Origin: Octopus sinensis
Lineage: Eukaryota
Assembly (NCBI RefSeq): GCF_006345805.1
Contig: NC_043019.1
Location: 10,725,360-10,789,359, forward strand
DNA: 64,000 bases
Direction: 5' to 3'
Under the pieces are notes generated by a model. That model made no database searches, was not told where the DNA came from, and was given only the letters and a program-made list of their open reading frames with translations. Shown piece after piece: positions 14,111-26,059 of this stretch. Every line of letters begins with the position of its first letter. The stretch's first letter is position 1. A program made the translations under genes and the position numbers.

Positions 14111-14184
14111 CATAAAGCAGGATTCCCCAACCACCAGGCCATGGAGCATATGGTACTGGGCCTCACAGAACTAATGCTACAATT

Positions 14185-15170
14185 TTATTTCTATTCTAGT
14201 GGTTGATGTGGTGACGGAGAGTGCAAGAGAGAGATTGATAATGGAGATACTGTATGTGGATGAACTTGTTCTGATGAGTGAGATGATGGAGGGATTGAAG
14301 AAGTTTCAGAAACGGAAGGTATTTGAAAGTAAGGGTTTGAAGGTAAACCTCAGGAAGACGAAAGTGATGGTGAGCAGAGTGGAAGTGTTAGTGAGTAAGG
14401 TAGATCCACATAGTGTGTGTGGGAGGAGGGTAATGGCAAATGCAGGAAATGGATTCATGGTAGATGTACGAAAATGAAGAAGGTGACCCAAGACTGGCAA
14501 GAGATTTTATTTGTGGAAGATGAGAGAAAGGAGCTGGAGGATGGCGGAACCAGTGGAGATGGTGAGAGGGTTTTGTTATTTGGAAGATCTAGTGGATGTA
14601 AAGCAGCTGTGACAGCAAGAACAAGACTTGGCTGGGTGAAGTTCAGGGAATGTGGAGCATTATCATATGGGAAAAGGTTCTCCTTAAAGATGAAAGGAAG
14701 GGTTTATGGGAGTTGCGTGAAATCTGCAATGCTGTATGCAAGTGAGACATGGTGTCTGGGGGAAAGTGAAATAGCAATTTTGAGAAGGACCGAGAGAGCA
14801 ATGTGTGGTGTGAAACTATTGGATAAAAGGAGGGGTGAGGACTTGCTGGGGATGCTGGGGTTGGAGGAATCTGTGGAACATCTGGCAAAGATGAATGGAG
14901 TGTGGTGGTACAGACATATGTTGAGGAAGGATCAGGATCATGTTCTGAGGAGAGTGCTTGAGTTTAAAGTGAATGAACTGTGAAAGCGAGGTTGACCAAA
15001 GAAAAGGGGACAGGTGGAGGAGGAGATTGGGAGGGTTGGCTTGAGGAAGTAGGATGGCCAAAACCAGGTGAGATGACGAGAAGGTGTGAGAGAGCGGCTG
15101 CTGTAGGAGTGAGGTAGATTCGGCCACCTCCATTAACGGGGACAAACCCAGATTTAAAATATTGGACATT
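14185..15170 (+). mobile_element. RTE-clade LINE 3' fragment
   Basis: EILYVDELVL (YADD-like), GLKVNLRKTKVM, SAMLYASETW, W.RHMLRK. Confidence 0.85.
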
Positions 15171-17755
15171 GATCAGTCTAATGAGTTTGCAGGGTGTTTT
15201 TGCATTATGTATGTCATCATCATCATCATTTAACATTGGTTTTCCACACTGGCATGGGTTGGATGGTTTGATCAGAGCTGGTGAGCTGCACTAGGTTCCA
15301 GTTTGATTTGGCTTGGTTTCTATGGTTGGATGCCCTTCCTATTGTGTGCTGGGTGCTTTTAATGTGGCACTAACACAAGCACTCCTATGTGGCACTGACA
15401 CAGGACTCTTGCAGTCCAATTCTCCTCACCGGGGGATGCAGCCTTAACACTTCTGCTGGTAACGAAAACAATAAGGGATCAAGATCCTTCCTGAGCCTTA
15501 TGGACTCGTGGAGTCGGCTTCCCAGTTTCCAAGGTTCAACAGGACAGTCTGGCACAGGAAATACTCATTTTTGTCAGCTGAGTGGACTGGGGTAATGTAA
15601 AACGAAGTGTTCTGCTCAGGAACACAACACACTGCCTGGTCCAAGAACTGAAACCACAATCTTACTCTAACCACTAAGCCACGTGCCTCCACATATCATC
15701 ATCATCCACATCGTTTAACGTCCGTTTTCCATGCTAGCATGGGTTGGACGGTTCGACCGGGGATCTGGTAAGCCAGAAGGCTGCACCAGGCTCCAGTCTG
15801 ATCTGGCAGTGTTTCTACAGCTGGATGCCCTTCGTAACACCAACCACTCCGTGAGTGTAATATGTGTGGTATATATATAACATACATGTATTATATATGT
15901 AATACATATGTAACATATATGCAATAATTAAATTACATATATCACTATGTACTTTGTGTTTTGTTATGGTTCATAGAAAAGCTGTCCTGTGTGGAATCAG
16001 TCTGTGGGACAAAACTATATTGGGGAGACCAATGGCATAAAGTATTTAAATGATGTCTGCAAGATGCCTTCATGCTGTAGAAATAAGAAAAGTTATCTTT
16101 TTTCACTTGGGCCCAGACATGGATGTGCAGTTCCATAGTTTTTAGTCTTGTGACAATAATTTCATTCTTACTTACACGGGTTCGTCAGTTAATTAATTAA
16201 TCAATTATCCAGTATTTTGATTAGGCTAAAAGCAGAGCTGTGTGGTTAGGAAGTTTGCTTTGCAACCACATAGTACCCAGTTCCATCCTATGGTACAGCA
16301 GTCTTCTATCATAGCTTTGGGCTGATCAGTGACTTTGGAAGGGCGGTGAATTGGTAGGATCACTATTGCACCTGGATAAAATGCTTAGTGGCATTTCTTT
16401 TGGCTTGTTACATTCCAAGTTCAAATCCTACCAAGGTCAACTTTGCCTTTCTTCTTTTCAGGATCTTTAAAGTACTGTAATCAATTAATCCCATCCTCCT
16501 AACACTGATGGCCTTGTAATAAAAAAAAAACTTAAAATATTAAAGTCTTTGGAAGCCCGTTATATATGAATACGTGTGGTGCTCTGGAACAAAATTTCTG
16601 AGTGTGGTATTTGTTCTGCTCCGAGTTGCAGAGAAGCATCCCTGTCTGTCACTTTGGCTAACATAAATGCTGTTAATTAAGTGGCTAGTTCGTTGGGAAC
16701 CTGTGACCATCAACGCTATAGTGCACATCAAGTGTTAAAAGTTAAACAACAGGAATCCAAAGGGTATTCAACTTTGGTTAATGTTAACGAGTAAAGAGAC
16801 AGGTCTGCTTCTGGAGAGGACGCAAGTCAATCGAAAGTTAACTTTCAATGTATCAGCCAATTGTTTCTTCTCTAACGAGGTGGACTTAGCCTATGAATTA
16901 CGTTAAGAAGGTACGAGATGAGCGGAATAAAGAATACGTGCACCACCCGTTTTCGGCGTAGCAAAAACCCTAACCCGAAACCGAAACCTAAACACCGGGT
17001 GTGCGTATTCTTTACTTTCGCCACGAGATGTCTCCTTCAGGAGAGGACGCTAGTGTATCGAAAGTTAACTTTTGCTATATCGGACAATTTACTTTCTCTC
17101 CAATCCAACTAGGTGGACTTAGCCTATTCTTGAATTACGTAAACTGTCCGTAATGAAACGAAACGAAACGCAACAGCAGCTGATTGAAACAAAAATCGCC
17201 AACCGGCAACAACAATATCCGTATTTATTCAGTCATTTCGTCTCTCCACACCGGAAAATACACAATAATACACACATATATAAAATATACATACATGTTT
17301 ATTAGAATTAGACTTATTAATTCTTCGATTTACGAAAAATAGATTCTAAAATGTTTAATTAAATTCTCTGAAAGTGAAACGTTGGCGGTTGCGGTAATAT
17401 GAACATCGATACATAAGGTGGTATGTAACGTGTAAAATGTTTATATAAAGCGTCGAAATTATTCGTATGATACTAAATATTATTTCGATCGACTATCAGT
17501 CGGAAAAATACGAAATATTTCTGAATAAACAGATGAAATCTGGCAATTAACGTTGGGGGTTGTCTTGGTAAAAACATGTTTTGGCACCGGACGACGGCCA
17601 CACATGTCTGTTAAAGATTGTATCACGCAGCCTATATATCGCTACCGTACTTCGTTCGGTGGTAGGAAATAAAGCAGGGAAGATGCCTTGTGGTTCGATC
17701 TTTCGGTAACACCGAAATAATTAAAATTAAAGGCAATTTAAATCGTTTTTCTTAC

Positions 17756-17780
17756 CTTCAGGCGGATTCGGAATATCCAT
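17756..17780 (-). CDS. CHERP: CHERP coding exon 1 (MDIPNPPE + first base of D)
   Basis: Minus strand reads AAAATCAAC-ATG GAT ATT CCG AAT CCG CCT GAA G|GTAAG: a good invertebrate start context and a canonical donor. It splices in frame to the 4551-4721 exon, giving MDIPNPPEDLEQKNIIDKLANFVARNGPEFE, which matches the recalled vertebrate CHERP N-terminus (MEMPLPPDDQELRNVIDKLAQFVARNGPEFE). Confidence 0.9.
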
Positions 17781-17794
17781 GTTGATTTTCGACT

Positions 17795-17820
17795 CGGAAG
17801 TAAAAACAACTGACTTCCGG
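17795..17820. promoter_or_regulatory. Inverted pair of ETS/GABP-type motifs at the CHERP promoter/5' UTR
   Basis: CGGAAGT (17795-17801) and ACTTCCGG (17813-17820) lie just upstream of the ATG, in a repeat-free, visibly CpG-rich segment (~16.9-17.9 kb). This is typical of a TATA-less housekeeping promoter. Confidence 0.6.
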
Positions 17821-18451
17821 TTATCTGCAGTGAATGAATAACGTTTTTTTTTTTTTTTTGGTTTCGTGTGTTAAAATATTAAGGAATAATATAAATCATT
17901 GCAGAATATTCTGGGTGATTTTTATATCATAAATGTATATTAACTATTACCGTTCATCAATTTAAACTAATTTATCACAACGCTTAACGACCTGGATTTT
18001 TCAGTCAGAGCGTGGTTATTCATTACTAGTCTGTATTTTAAAAGAATTTGAACAGAAAACAATTAACTGCAAAGTTATTAATATATTAAATATAAATGAA
18101 TGTATTTCAACTGTAATTCTTGAAATATTTCATACAATGGTGACATTATTGCTGAAATTTACTGTAACAACTAGAAGCTTCTCTTTTATCTATGTATGAT
18201 GCTAGTAGACAGCAGTTGAATGTCAAATTCATCTGCAGTTTCAAAGGCAAGAAATTGCATATCAGTTTGTGCCATCTCACCTGAGTTGAAACTCACAATG
18301 TCTTCTTCCAAATGCTGTTGTGCTTCCACAAATTGGAAAAGTCTGCAGTTGTAACTTTTTTTCCTCAAACTACCAGACTTTGGGACTCTCTTCTATTTCA
18401 TTGTTTTCTTCCTTCTTATGATCTGAACTCTCTCAAGACTAGATATATTGA

Positions 18452-18876
18452 GGATCTTTTCGGTTTGAATGGCAGTTTTTAACATAATTTCTAGGTAACT
18501 AAACACTTTTAAACTTCGTATACTGGTAGAATGTGTTTATAAAACATCTTTTTCTCTTGGCTTTATTGAGAAAATTCTATAGTTTGTAAGATATTTGTTG
18601 TTTTTTTCTTCAATTTCTGCAATTTCAACTAATCACTGACGTCCATTGAGGTAAAAAAAAACATTCTGTGCTGTATGAATATGTCCCTTGTTTAAGAAAC
18701 AGATTGGGTTTATTTACATTTGTGAAGAAAAAAAGATACCCTTCCCCCACCCCCAACCCGAACCCTAACCCTAAAACAGTTTGAAATGCAATAGATCGAT
18801 ACTAGGGTCATAATTATGGGTGACAATTTCATATGACACCGCTAGAAAAAAACTGCCGTTCAAACCGAAAAGATCC
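18452..18876. mobile_element. ~420-bp MITE with ~28-bp TIRs (GGATCTTTTCGGTTTGAA[C/T]GGCAGTTTT)
   Basis: TIRs are visible at both ends and there are internal CCCTAA repeats. Other copies at 47245-47660 (inverted), 48391-48810 and 49773-50179, with a partial copy at ~52272-52403. Confidence 0.9.
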
Positions 18877-19115
18877 AATAAATTAATTCCTTTCATCTTA
18901 ATTTCTCCTTCTTCACAGTCCCTTACACTAAGTGACTTCTCACCTTGTTTGAGACTTTCTTATGAAAAAGAAATCAGATTAATTCCAAAGATATTGTAGT
19001 TCTTCGTCACCTCTGCTCTATATGATTGTATAGGGTGATCCAAAAGTCTTGTCATCCACTACTGAAAGTAATAAGAACAATAGAGGAACAATATGATAAT
19101 ATCTAACACACATAT

Positions 19116-19527
19116 AGCGCAGGAGTGGCTGTGTGGTAAGTAGCTTGCTTACCAACCACATGGTTCCGGGTTCAGTCGCACTGCGTAGCACCTTGGGCAA
19201 GTGTCCTCTACTATAGCCTTGGGCTGACCAAAGCCTTGTGAGTGGATTTGGTAGATGGAAATGGAAAGAAGCCCGTCGTATATATGTATATATATATATA
19301 TGCATGTGTGTATGTATATGTTTGTGTGTCTGTGTTTGTCCCCCCAACATTGCTTAACAACCGATGCTGGTGTGTTTACGTCCCCGTATCTTAGCAGTTC
19401 GGCAAAAGAGACCAATAGGATAAGTACTGGGCTTACAAAGAATAAGTCCCGGGGTTGAGTTGCTCGATTAAAGGCGGTGCTCCAGCATGGCCGCAGTCAA
19501 ATGACTGAAACAAGTAAAAGAGAAAGA
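19116..19527 (+). mobile_element. tRNA-derived SINE with an internal (TA)/(TG) microsatellite; representative of the most abundant family
   Basis: GCGCAGGAGTGGCTGTGTGGTAAG...GGTTCAGTC head and GAAACAAGTAAAAGA tail. Other copies at ~317-707, 24411-24775(-), 27780-28160(-), 34927-35400, 38648-39075(-), 57840-58200 and 62690-62990. Confidence 0.85.
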
Positions 19528-20593
19528 ATAATTTTCCCACATTAACTTGTGTAGGTTAAACTACATAAAATGTTGGAGAAAGAAACCTAAATGTTTCTTA
19601 CAATATATACCAATGCATACATCATCATCATCATTTAACGTCCACTTTCCATGCTAGAATGGGTTGGACGATTTGACTGAGGACTGGCGAACCAGATGAC
19701 TGTGCCAGGCTCCAATCTGATCTGGCAGAGTTTCTACAGCTGGATGCCCTTCCTAACGCCAACCACTCTGAGAGTGTAGTGGGTGCTTTTACATGCCACC
19801 GGCACAGGAGTCAGTCCAACAGCACTGGCATCGACCTCGCTCGAACGTTTTGTTCATGTGCCACCAGCACAAGTACAGTAAGGCAACGCTGGTAACGATC
19901 ATGCTCAAATGGTGCTTTTTGCGTGCCCACCAGCACAGAAACCAGACAGCTGCTCTGGCAGTGACCGCGCTCGGATAGAGCTGTTAGCACACCACTGGCA
20001 CGGGTGCCAATCATCGAATTTGGTTAGCGAAATTTTTTCAGAGACCCTTAAAATACTATTGTGGATCCCTAATTTACTATTTTGTTGCATGGATCCCCAA
20101 AACTCTTATATGGACCGCCAGGGGCCAAATGGACCCCAGTTGAGAACCACTGAGCTAAGTGTTTGGAGTATGAATTAACATGAAATTTTGATGGAAGGTT
20201 TTTATTTAGATTTCATTAAAATAGGAGGTTTGTATCATACGACCAGGGAAAATCTTAGATGTGTTGCAAAATACACCGGGCCGACCAAAGCCTTGTGAAT
20301 GGATTTGGTAGACGGAAACTGAAAGAAGCCCGTCGTATGTATGTGTATGTATGTATATATATATATATCTATATAGTTGCCAGCCTCGCCTGGCACCTGT
20401 GCAGGTGGCACGTAAAAAGCACCCACTACACTCACGGAGTGGTTGGCGTTAGGAAGGGCATCCAGCTGTAGAAACATTGCCAGATAAGACTGGAGCCTGG
20501 TGCAGCCTTCTGGCTTCCCAGATCCCCGGTCAAACCGTCCAACCCATGCTAGCATGGAGAACGGACGTTAAACGATGATGATGATGATGATGA

Positions 20594-20645
<52 letters not shown>

Positions 20646-21749
20646 GTATGTGTGTGTATATGTTTGTGTCTGTGTTTGTCCCCTCAACATCGCTTGACAA
20701 CCAATGCTGAACTTAACAGTTCAGCAAAAGAGACCGATAGAATAAGTACTAGGCTTACAAAGAATAAGTCCTGGGGCAGATTTGCTCGACTAAAGGCGGT
20801 GCTCCAGCATGGCCACAGTCACATGACTGAAACAAGTAAAAGAGTAAAAGAGTAGAAAGGATTGTTAGCTGGTGTTTGGGATGTAAACTTTAAAATTTTG
20901 ATAGAAGAAAGTTTTAATTTTAATTAGTTCATAACACAAAGTTGGTTTGGTATCAAAAACGGTTACGACAGAGTGTTGTAGCTTAAAGTTTTGACTTCTA
21001 TTTTTAACTGGTCAAATGAGGTGCGCTGGGTTGTTGTTTTTTCTTCTTGTTTTGTTTTGCGTCACATGATATCTTATAACATTCCCGTTAAAGCAACTAC
21101 AGCGCACCTTCTCCAACAATGTCTGCACTTGAAAGTCAATGACATGTCAATGCGGTCACTCAACTGGCTTGAAATAGCAGTTAAATCCTCATGAAAGCAA
21201 CTCAATTGTTTTTATACAGAGCGCCGCCTCGACTGGCTTCCGTGCCGGTGGCACATAAAATACACCAATCCGACCGTGGCCGTTGCCAGCCTCGCCTGGC
21301 ACCTGTGCAGGTGGCACGTAAAACGCACCCACTACACTCACGGAGTGGTTGGCGTTAGGAAGGGCATCCAGCTGTAGAAACATTGCCAGATAACACTGGA
21401 GCCTGGTGCAGCCTTCTGGCTTCCCAGATCCCCGGTCGAACCGTCCAACCCATGCTAGCATGGAGAACGGACATTAAACGATGATGATGATGATGATGAA
21501 AGGAAGGACAGATTAGAAAATATTGTCCTTGATGTGAAGTTGCATGGTTTAGTGGTTAGGGTGTTGTACTCATGATCATAAGATCCTGGTTTCAATTCTC
21601 CAACCAGGCAGTCTATTGTATTTCTGAGCAAAACACCTCATTTCATGTTACTCCACTTCAATCAGCTGTACATGAATTCCAGCAATGGTGGGGAAGTTAA
21701 CCCTGCAATGGACTAGTGTTCCATTCAGGGGAAGTGTTGTAACATCAGT

Positions 21750-22136
21750 GGTGGAGGCGCAATGGCCCAGTGGTTAGGGCAGCGGACTCGCGGTCATAGG
21801 ATCGCGGTTTCGATTCCCAGACCGGGTGTTGTGAGTGTTTATTGAGCGAAAACACCTAAAAGCTCCACAAGGCTCCGGCAGGGGATGGTGGTGATCCCTG
21901 CTGTACTCTTTCACCACAACATTCTCTCACTCTTACTTCCTGTTTCTGTTGTACCTGTATTTCAAGGGGCTGGCCTTGTCACTCTCTGTGTCACGCTGAA
22001 TATCCCCGAGAACTACGTTAAGGGTGCACGTGTCTGTGGAGTGCTCAGCCACTTACACGTTAATTTCACGAGCAGGCTGTTCCGTTGATTCGGATCAACC
22101 GGAACCCTCATCGTCGTAACCGACAGAGTGCTTCCA
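21750..22136 (+). mobile_element. Full-length tRNA-derived SINE (same family as 7750-8140) with a 12-bp TSD
   Basis: TSD TGTAACATCAGT at 21738-21749 and 22137-22148. Confidence 0.9.
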
Positions 22137-24006
22137 TGTAACATCAGTCATTTATAAATATGAAAACTGGGTTAAGCTGTGGCCCAATTAGTCTGAGGGC
22201 ACACAATAAACCTAAGTCTAAGTCTCTTTAAGATTGTGAGATTGTGGTTTCAGTTCCCTGACTGGGTGATCTATTTGTGTTCTTGAGTAAAACACTTCAT
22301 TGCATGTTACTCCACTCCACTCAGTTGTGAGTGAATTCCAGTAATAGCGGGGAAGTTAAACCTGTGATGGACTGGCGTTCCATCCAGTAGGGAGTGTTGT
22401 AATGTCAGTTACTTATATGCCATGAAAAGCAGGTTCACCGTAGCCTTTTAAGTCCTAGATCCCACAATACACGTAAGTCTAAATCCTCTTAAGATCATAA
22501 GTTCATAGTTTCAATTCCTAGCAGTGCATTGTGTCCTTGAGTGAAACACTTCGTTCCATGTTGCCCCAGGCCCACTCAGCTGTAAAATTAATTGCAACAA
22601 TAACTTGGAAGTAGACCCTGTGAGAGATCAGCATTATTTATATACCTATTTTTTTATTACCCACAAGGGGCTAAACACAGAGAGGACAAACAGATTAAGT
22701 CGATTATATCGACCCCAGTGTGTAACTGGTACTTATTTAATCAACCCCAAAAGGATGAAAGGCAAAGTCGACCTCGGCGGAATTTGAACTCAGAACGTAG
22801 CAGCAGACGAAAAACCGCTCAGCATTTCGCCCGGTGTGCTAACGATTCTGCCAGCTTGCCGCCTTGCATTATTTATATACCATGCATCATTTATATACAT
22901 CATTTAAATACCTTGTGAGAGATCAGCATCGTTTATATATAAATTGAGTTAAGCTCTAACCTTATAAGTCCATAACCAAGGGTTCAACACAAACTTAAAT
23001 TTTAGTTTCCTCGAGATTGTGATTTCAATCCTCAGTCCAAGCAGTCCATTGCATTCTTAAACAAAACACTTCATTTCACATTGCTCCAGCACCACTCATC
23101 TGTAAAATGAGTTCCAACAATAACTGGTAAGTTAACCTTGCAATGGAGTGGCGTTCCATCCAGGGGTGAGGGAGTGTTGTAATCTCTGTCACTAATACAC
23201 CATAGAGAAAGGGTAATACTTTGACCTCGTGATTCCTAGTGCATGAGACCTATGTTTGAGTCTCTTTAAGATCATGGTTCCCATTCCTGGACCAGGGTTA
23301 ACTTCTTCGGCAAAGCCCGACAGACCTAAATAAATCTAAGATGAATTAACAAAAACGTCGAAATCGAATTGAACCACTATCCGACTCGTGGCCGATGCCA
23401 GCGCTGCCTCCACTGGCTTCTGTGCCGGTGGCACATAAAATACACCAATCCGACCGTGGCCGTTGCCAGCCTCGCCTGGCACCTGTGCAGGTGGCACGTA
23501 AAAAGCACCCACTACACTCACGAAGTGGTTGGTGTTAGGAAGGGCATCCAGCTGTAGAAACACTGCCAGATCAGACTGGAGCCTGGTGCAGCCTTCTGGC
23601 TTCCCAGATCCCCGGTCGAACCGTCCAACCCATGCTAGCATGGAGAACGGACGTTAAACGATGATGATGATGATGATGATGGGTGGATCACAGCTTAACT
23701 GCTTCTAAATCTGTCCATCTGCTTAGTGAACATTAAACCAGGAACTGAACAACAAGAATATTTCCGGTACTGATAACCACAACTTCCTTCCAGCATCCGT
23801 CACTAACAGTGATCCAGTTTTTCTGACTTCAGTCTGAAAAACAATGGAAACTGAATTTTGTCTGATGTCAAACTCATTCACAATAACTCTTTTAATTGCT
23901 TCTGTGAGACGTGTCACGTATAACAAGTTAAGTAGATTGCATCATTTATTGGACAATCTATCTTCCTCTTTGTCTGCCTCCATTTCTCTTTCTCTCTATA
24001 GATAAA

Positions 24007-24392
24007 CTAGCAGTATCGCCCGGCATTGCTCGGGTTTGTAAGGGAAATAACTATATAAGCATTTTTAGAGAGTTATAGCCAAAAAAATGCATTAAAAATG
24101 GAAAAAAAATAATGGTAAATTTTTTTTTAAATTGTTGACTCATCGTAGACATTTTTAGAGTTACTTCCCTTATATAATAGCGAAAAAATGCATTAAAATG
24201 GAAAAAAATGATGGTAATTTTTTTTTTAAATTGTAGACTCATCGTAGAATCGCGCTAATACCCAGAAGGGCTCGATATGAATCACGACTATAAGATACCA
24301 GGTTTTGGTTACACTGCACCGCAAATTGTGGGAGTAGTTAGGAATCTAAATCGTAGGAGACAGACATACAACTTGACTTTTATATATAAAGA
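24007..24392 (-). mobile_element. Non-autonomous Helitron
   Basis: Minus strand begins A|TCTTTATATATAAAAG and ends CCCGAGCAATGCCGGG-CGATACTG-CTAG|T: 5' TC, 3' hairpin plus CTAG, and an A/T insertion site. Confidence 0.8.
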
Positions 24393-25181
24393 TAAACATA
24401 CATATATGTACTCTTTTACTTGTTTCAATCATTTGACTGTGGCCATGCTCGAGCACCGCCTTTAGTCAAACAAATCGATCCCAGGACTTATTCTTTGTAA
24501 GCCTAGTACTTATTCTATCGGTCTCTTTTGCCAAACCGCTAAGTTCCGGGGACGTAAACACACCAGCATCAGTTGTCAAGCAATGTTGGAGGGAATAAAC
24601 ACAGACATACACACACACACACACACATATATACGACGAGCTTTTTTCAGTTTCTGTCTACCAAGTCCACTCAGAAGGCTTTGGTCGGCCCGAGGCTATA
24701 GTAGAAGACCATGACTGAACCCAGAACCATGTGGTTGGTAAGCAAGCTACTTACCACACAGCCACTCCTGTGCCTAGTAGAAAAGATTATTATTATTACA
24801 TGTAATTTATTTTAGCCTTCAATGGAGGGACAATACCCAAGTTTTGCAACTTATGCATGGCAAAAGAACTCACTATATAAAAAGAACTCATATATATATA
24901 TATGTATATATATTTAGCAATTAAGGACAACTACTTAATAAGGAAAACTTAACAAGAAATTGTCAGGTAGATAGCGTAAAAACCTCATAAGAGAAAAAAT
25001 TTCGAAAATAATTATTTCTTATTGAACATATTAATTTATATATAGAGGGCATTATACATACATGCCAGGAGGCATTCTACATACACGCCATACGCTAAGA
25101 GGGACAATCAGTCATTTCTACCAAAAATATTACTAATCCCACCGAATGCAATTTTTCAAAGAAAGACATTTAAAAATATAT

Positions 25182-25229
25182 AGACCTGTATCACAGTGAT
25201 TTCATACTTACGTAATCATCAGCAGGCCT
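25182..25229 (-). ncRNA. Minimal type I hammerhead ribozyme (family 1, inverted copy)
   Basis: Exact reverse complement of 25802-25849. Confidence 0.8.
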
Positions 25230-25801
25230 GAATATACTATAAATAAACAACGACCTGCCTCGCTTAAGCCGATCAGCTAACTGATCAATATCAACGAAGC
25301 ACATGGGTGGGTTTATATATACTATATCCGGATGAATGGCAAACTTTTACGAATTGCATTTCGGGAGAGGAAAAGTTTTTTCGGAATAAAAAATTTAGCA
25401 ATTAAGGACAACTGTAATATTTTTGGTAGAAATGACTGATTGTCCCTCTTAGCGTATGGCGTGTATGTAGAATGCCTCCTGGCATGTATGTATAATGCCC
25501 TCTATATATAAATTAATATGTTCAATAAGAAATAATTATTTTCGAAATTTTTTTTCTCTTATGAGGTTTTTACGCTATCTACCTGACAATTTCTTGTTAA
25601 GTTTTCCTTATTAAGTAGTTGTCCTTAATTGCTAAATTTTTTATTCCGAAAAAACTTTTCCTCTCCCGAAATGCAATTCGTAAAAGTTTGCCATTCATCC
25701 GGATATAGTATATATAAACCCACCCATGTGCTTCGTTGATATTGATCAGTTAGCTGATCGGCTTAAGCGAGGCAGGGTCGTTGTTTATTTATAGTATATT
25801 C

Positions 25802-25849
25802 AGGCCTGCTGATGATTACGTAAGTATGAAATCACTGTGATACAGGTCT
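25802..25849 (+). ncRNA. Minimal type I hammerhead ribozyme (family 1)
   Basis: AGGCCTG-CTGATGA-T TAC GTAA GTA T-GAAA-TCAC T GTGA-TA-CAGGTCT. It has a 7-bp helix I, intact CUGAUGA and GAAA cores, a GNRA-capped helix II and a quasi-palindromic helix III. Predicted cleavage is after AUA (25842). Confidence 0.8.
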
Positions 25850-26004
25850 ATATATTTTTAAATGTCTTTCTTTGAAAAATTGCATTCGGTGGGATTAGTA
25901 ATATTTTTGGTAGAAATGACTGATTGTCCCTCTTAGCGTATGGCGTGTATGTAGAATGCCTCCTGGCATGTATGTATAATGCCCTCTATATATAAATTTA
26001 TATG

Positions 26005-26056
<52 letters not shown>

Positions 26057-26059
26057 TGC

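Larger units (their letters stand above)
24912..25998. mobile_element. Fold-back Penelope-pLTR/retrozyme-like element made of a ~481-nt hammerhead-bearing monomer
   Basis: 24912-25413 is one monomer plus ~20 nt terminal redundancy (TTTAGCAATTAAGGACAACT at 24913 and 25394). 25414-25998 is the reverse complement, circularly permuted, ~1.2 monomers (GTAATATTTTTGG at 25414 and 25898). Both outer ends abut (TA)n. Confidence 0.75.

Noticed and set aside
21750-21830. tRNA-like sequences with A/B boxes
   Set aside because: They are SINE heads continuous with SINE bodies and TSDs, without a proper cloverleaf.
23723-23926. 67-aa minus-strand ORF with an internal good acceptor at 23844
   Set aside because: No recognisable homology or partner exons; kept only as a hint in the CpG-domain finding.
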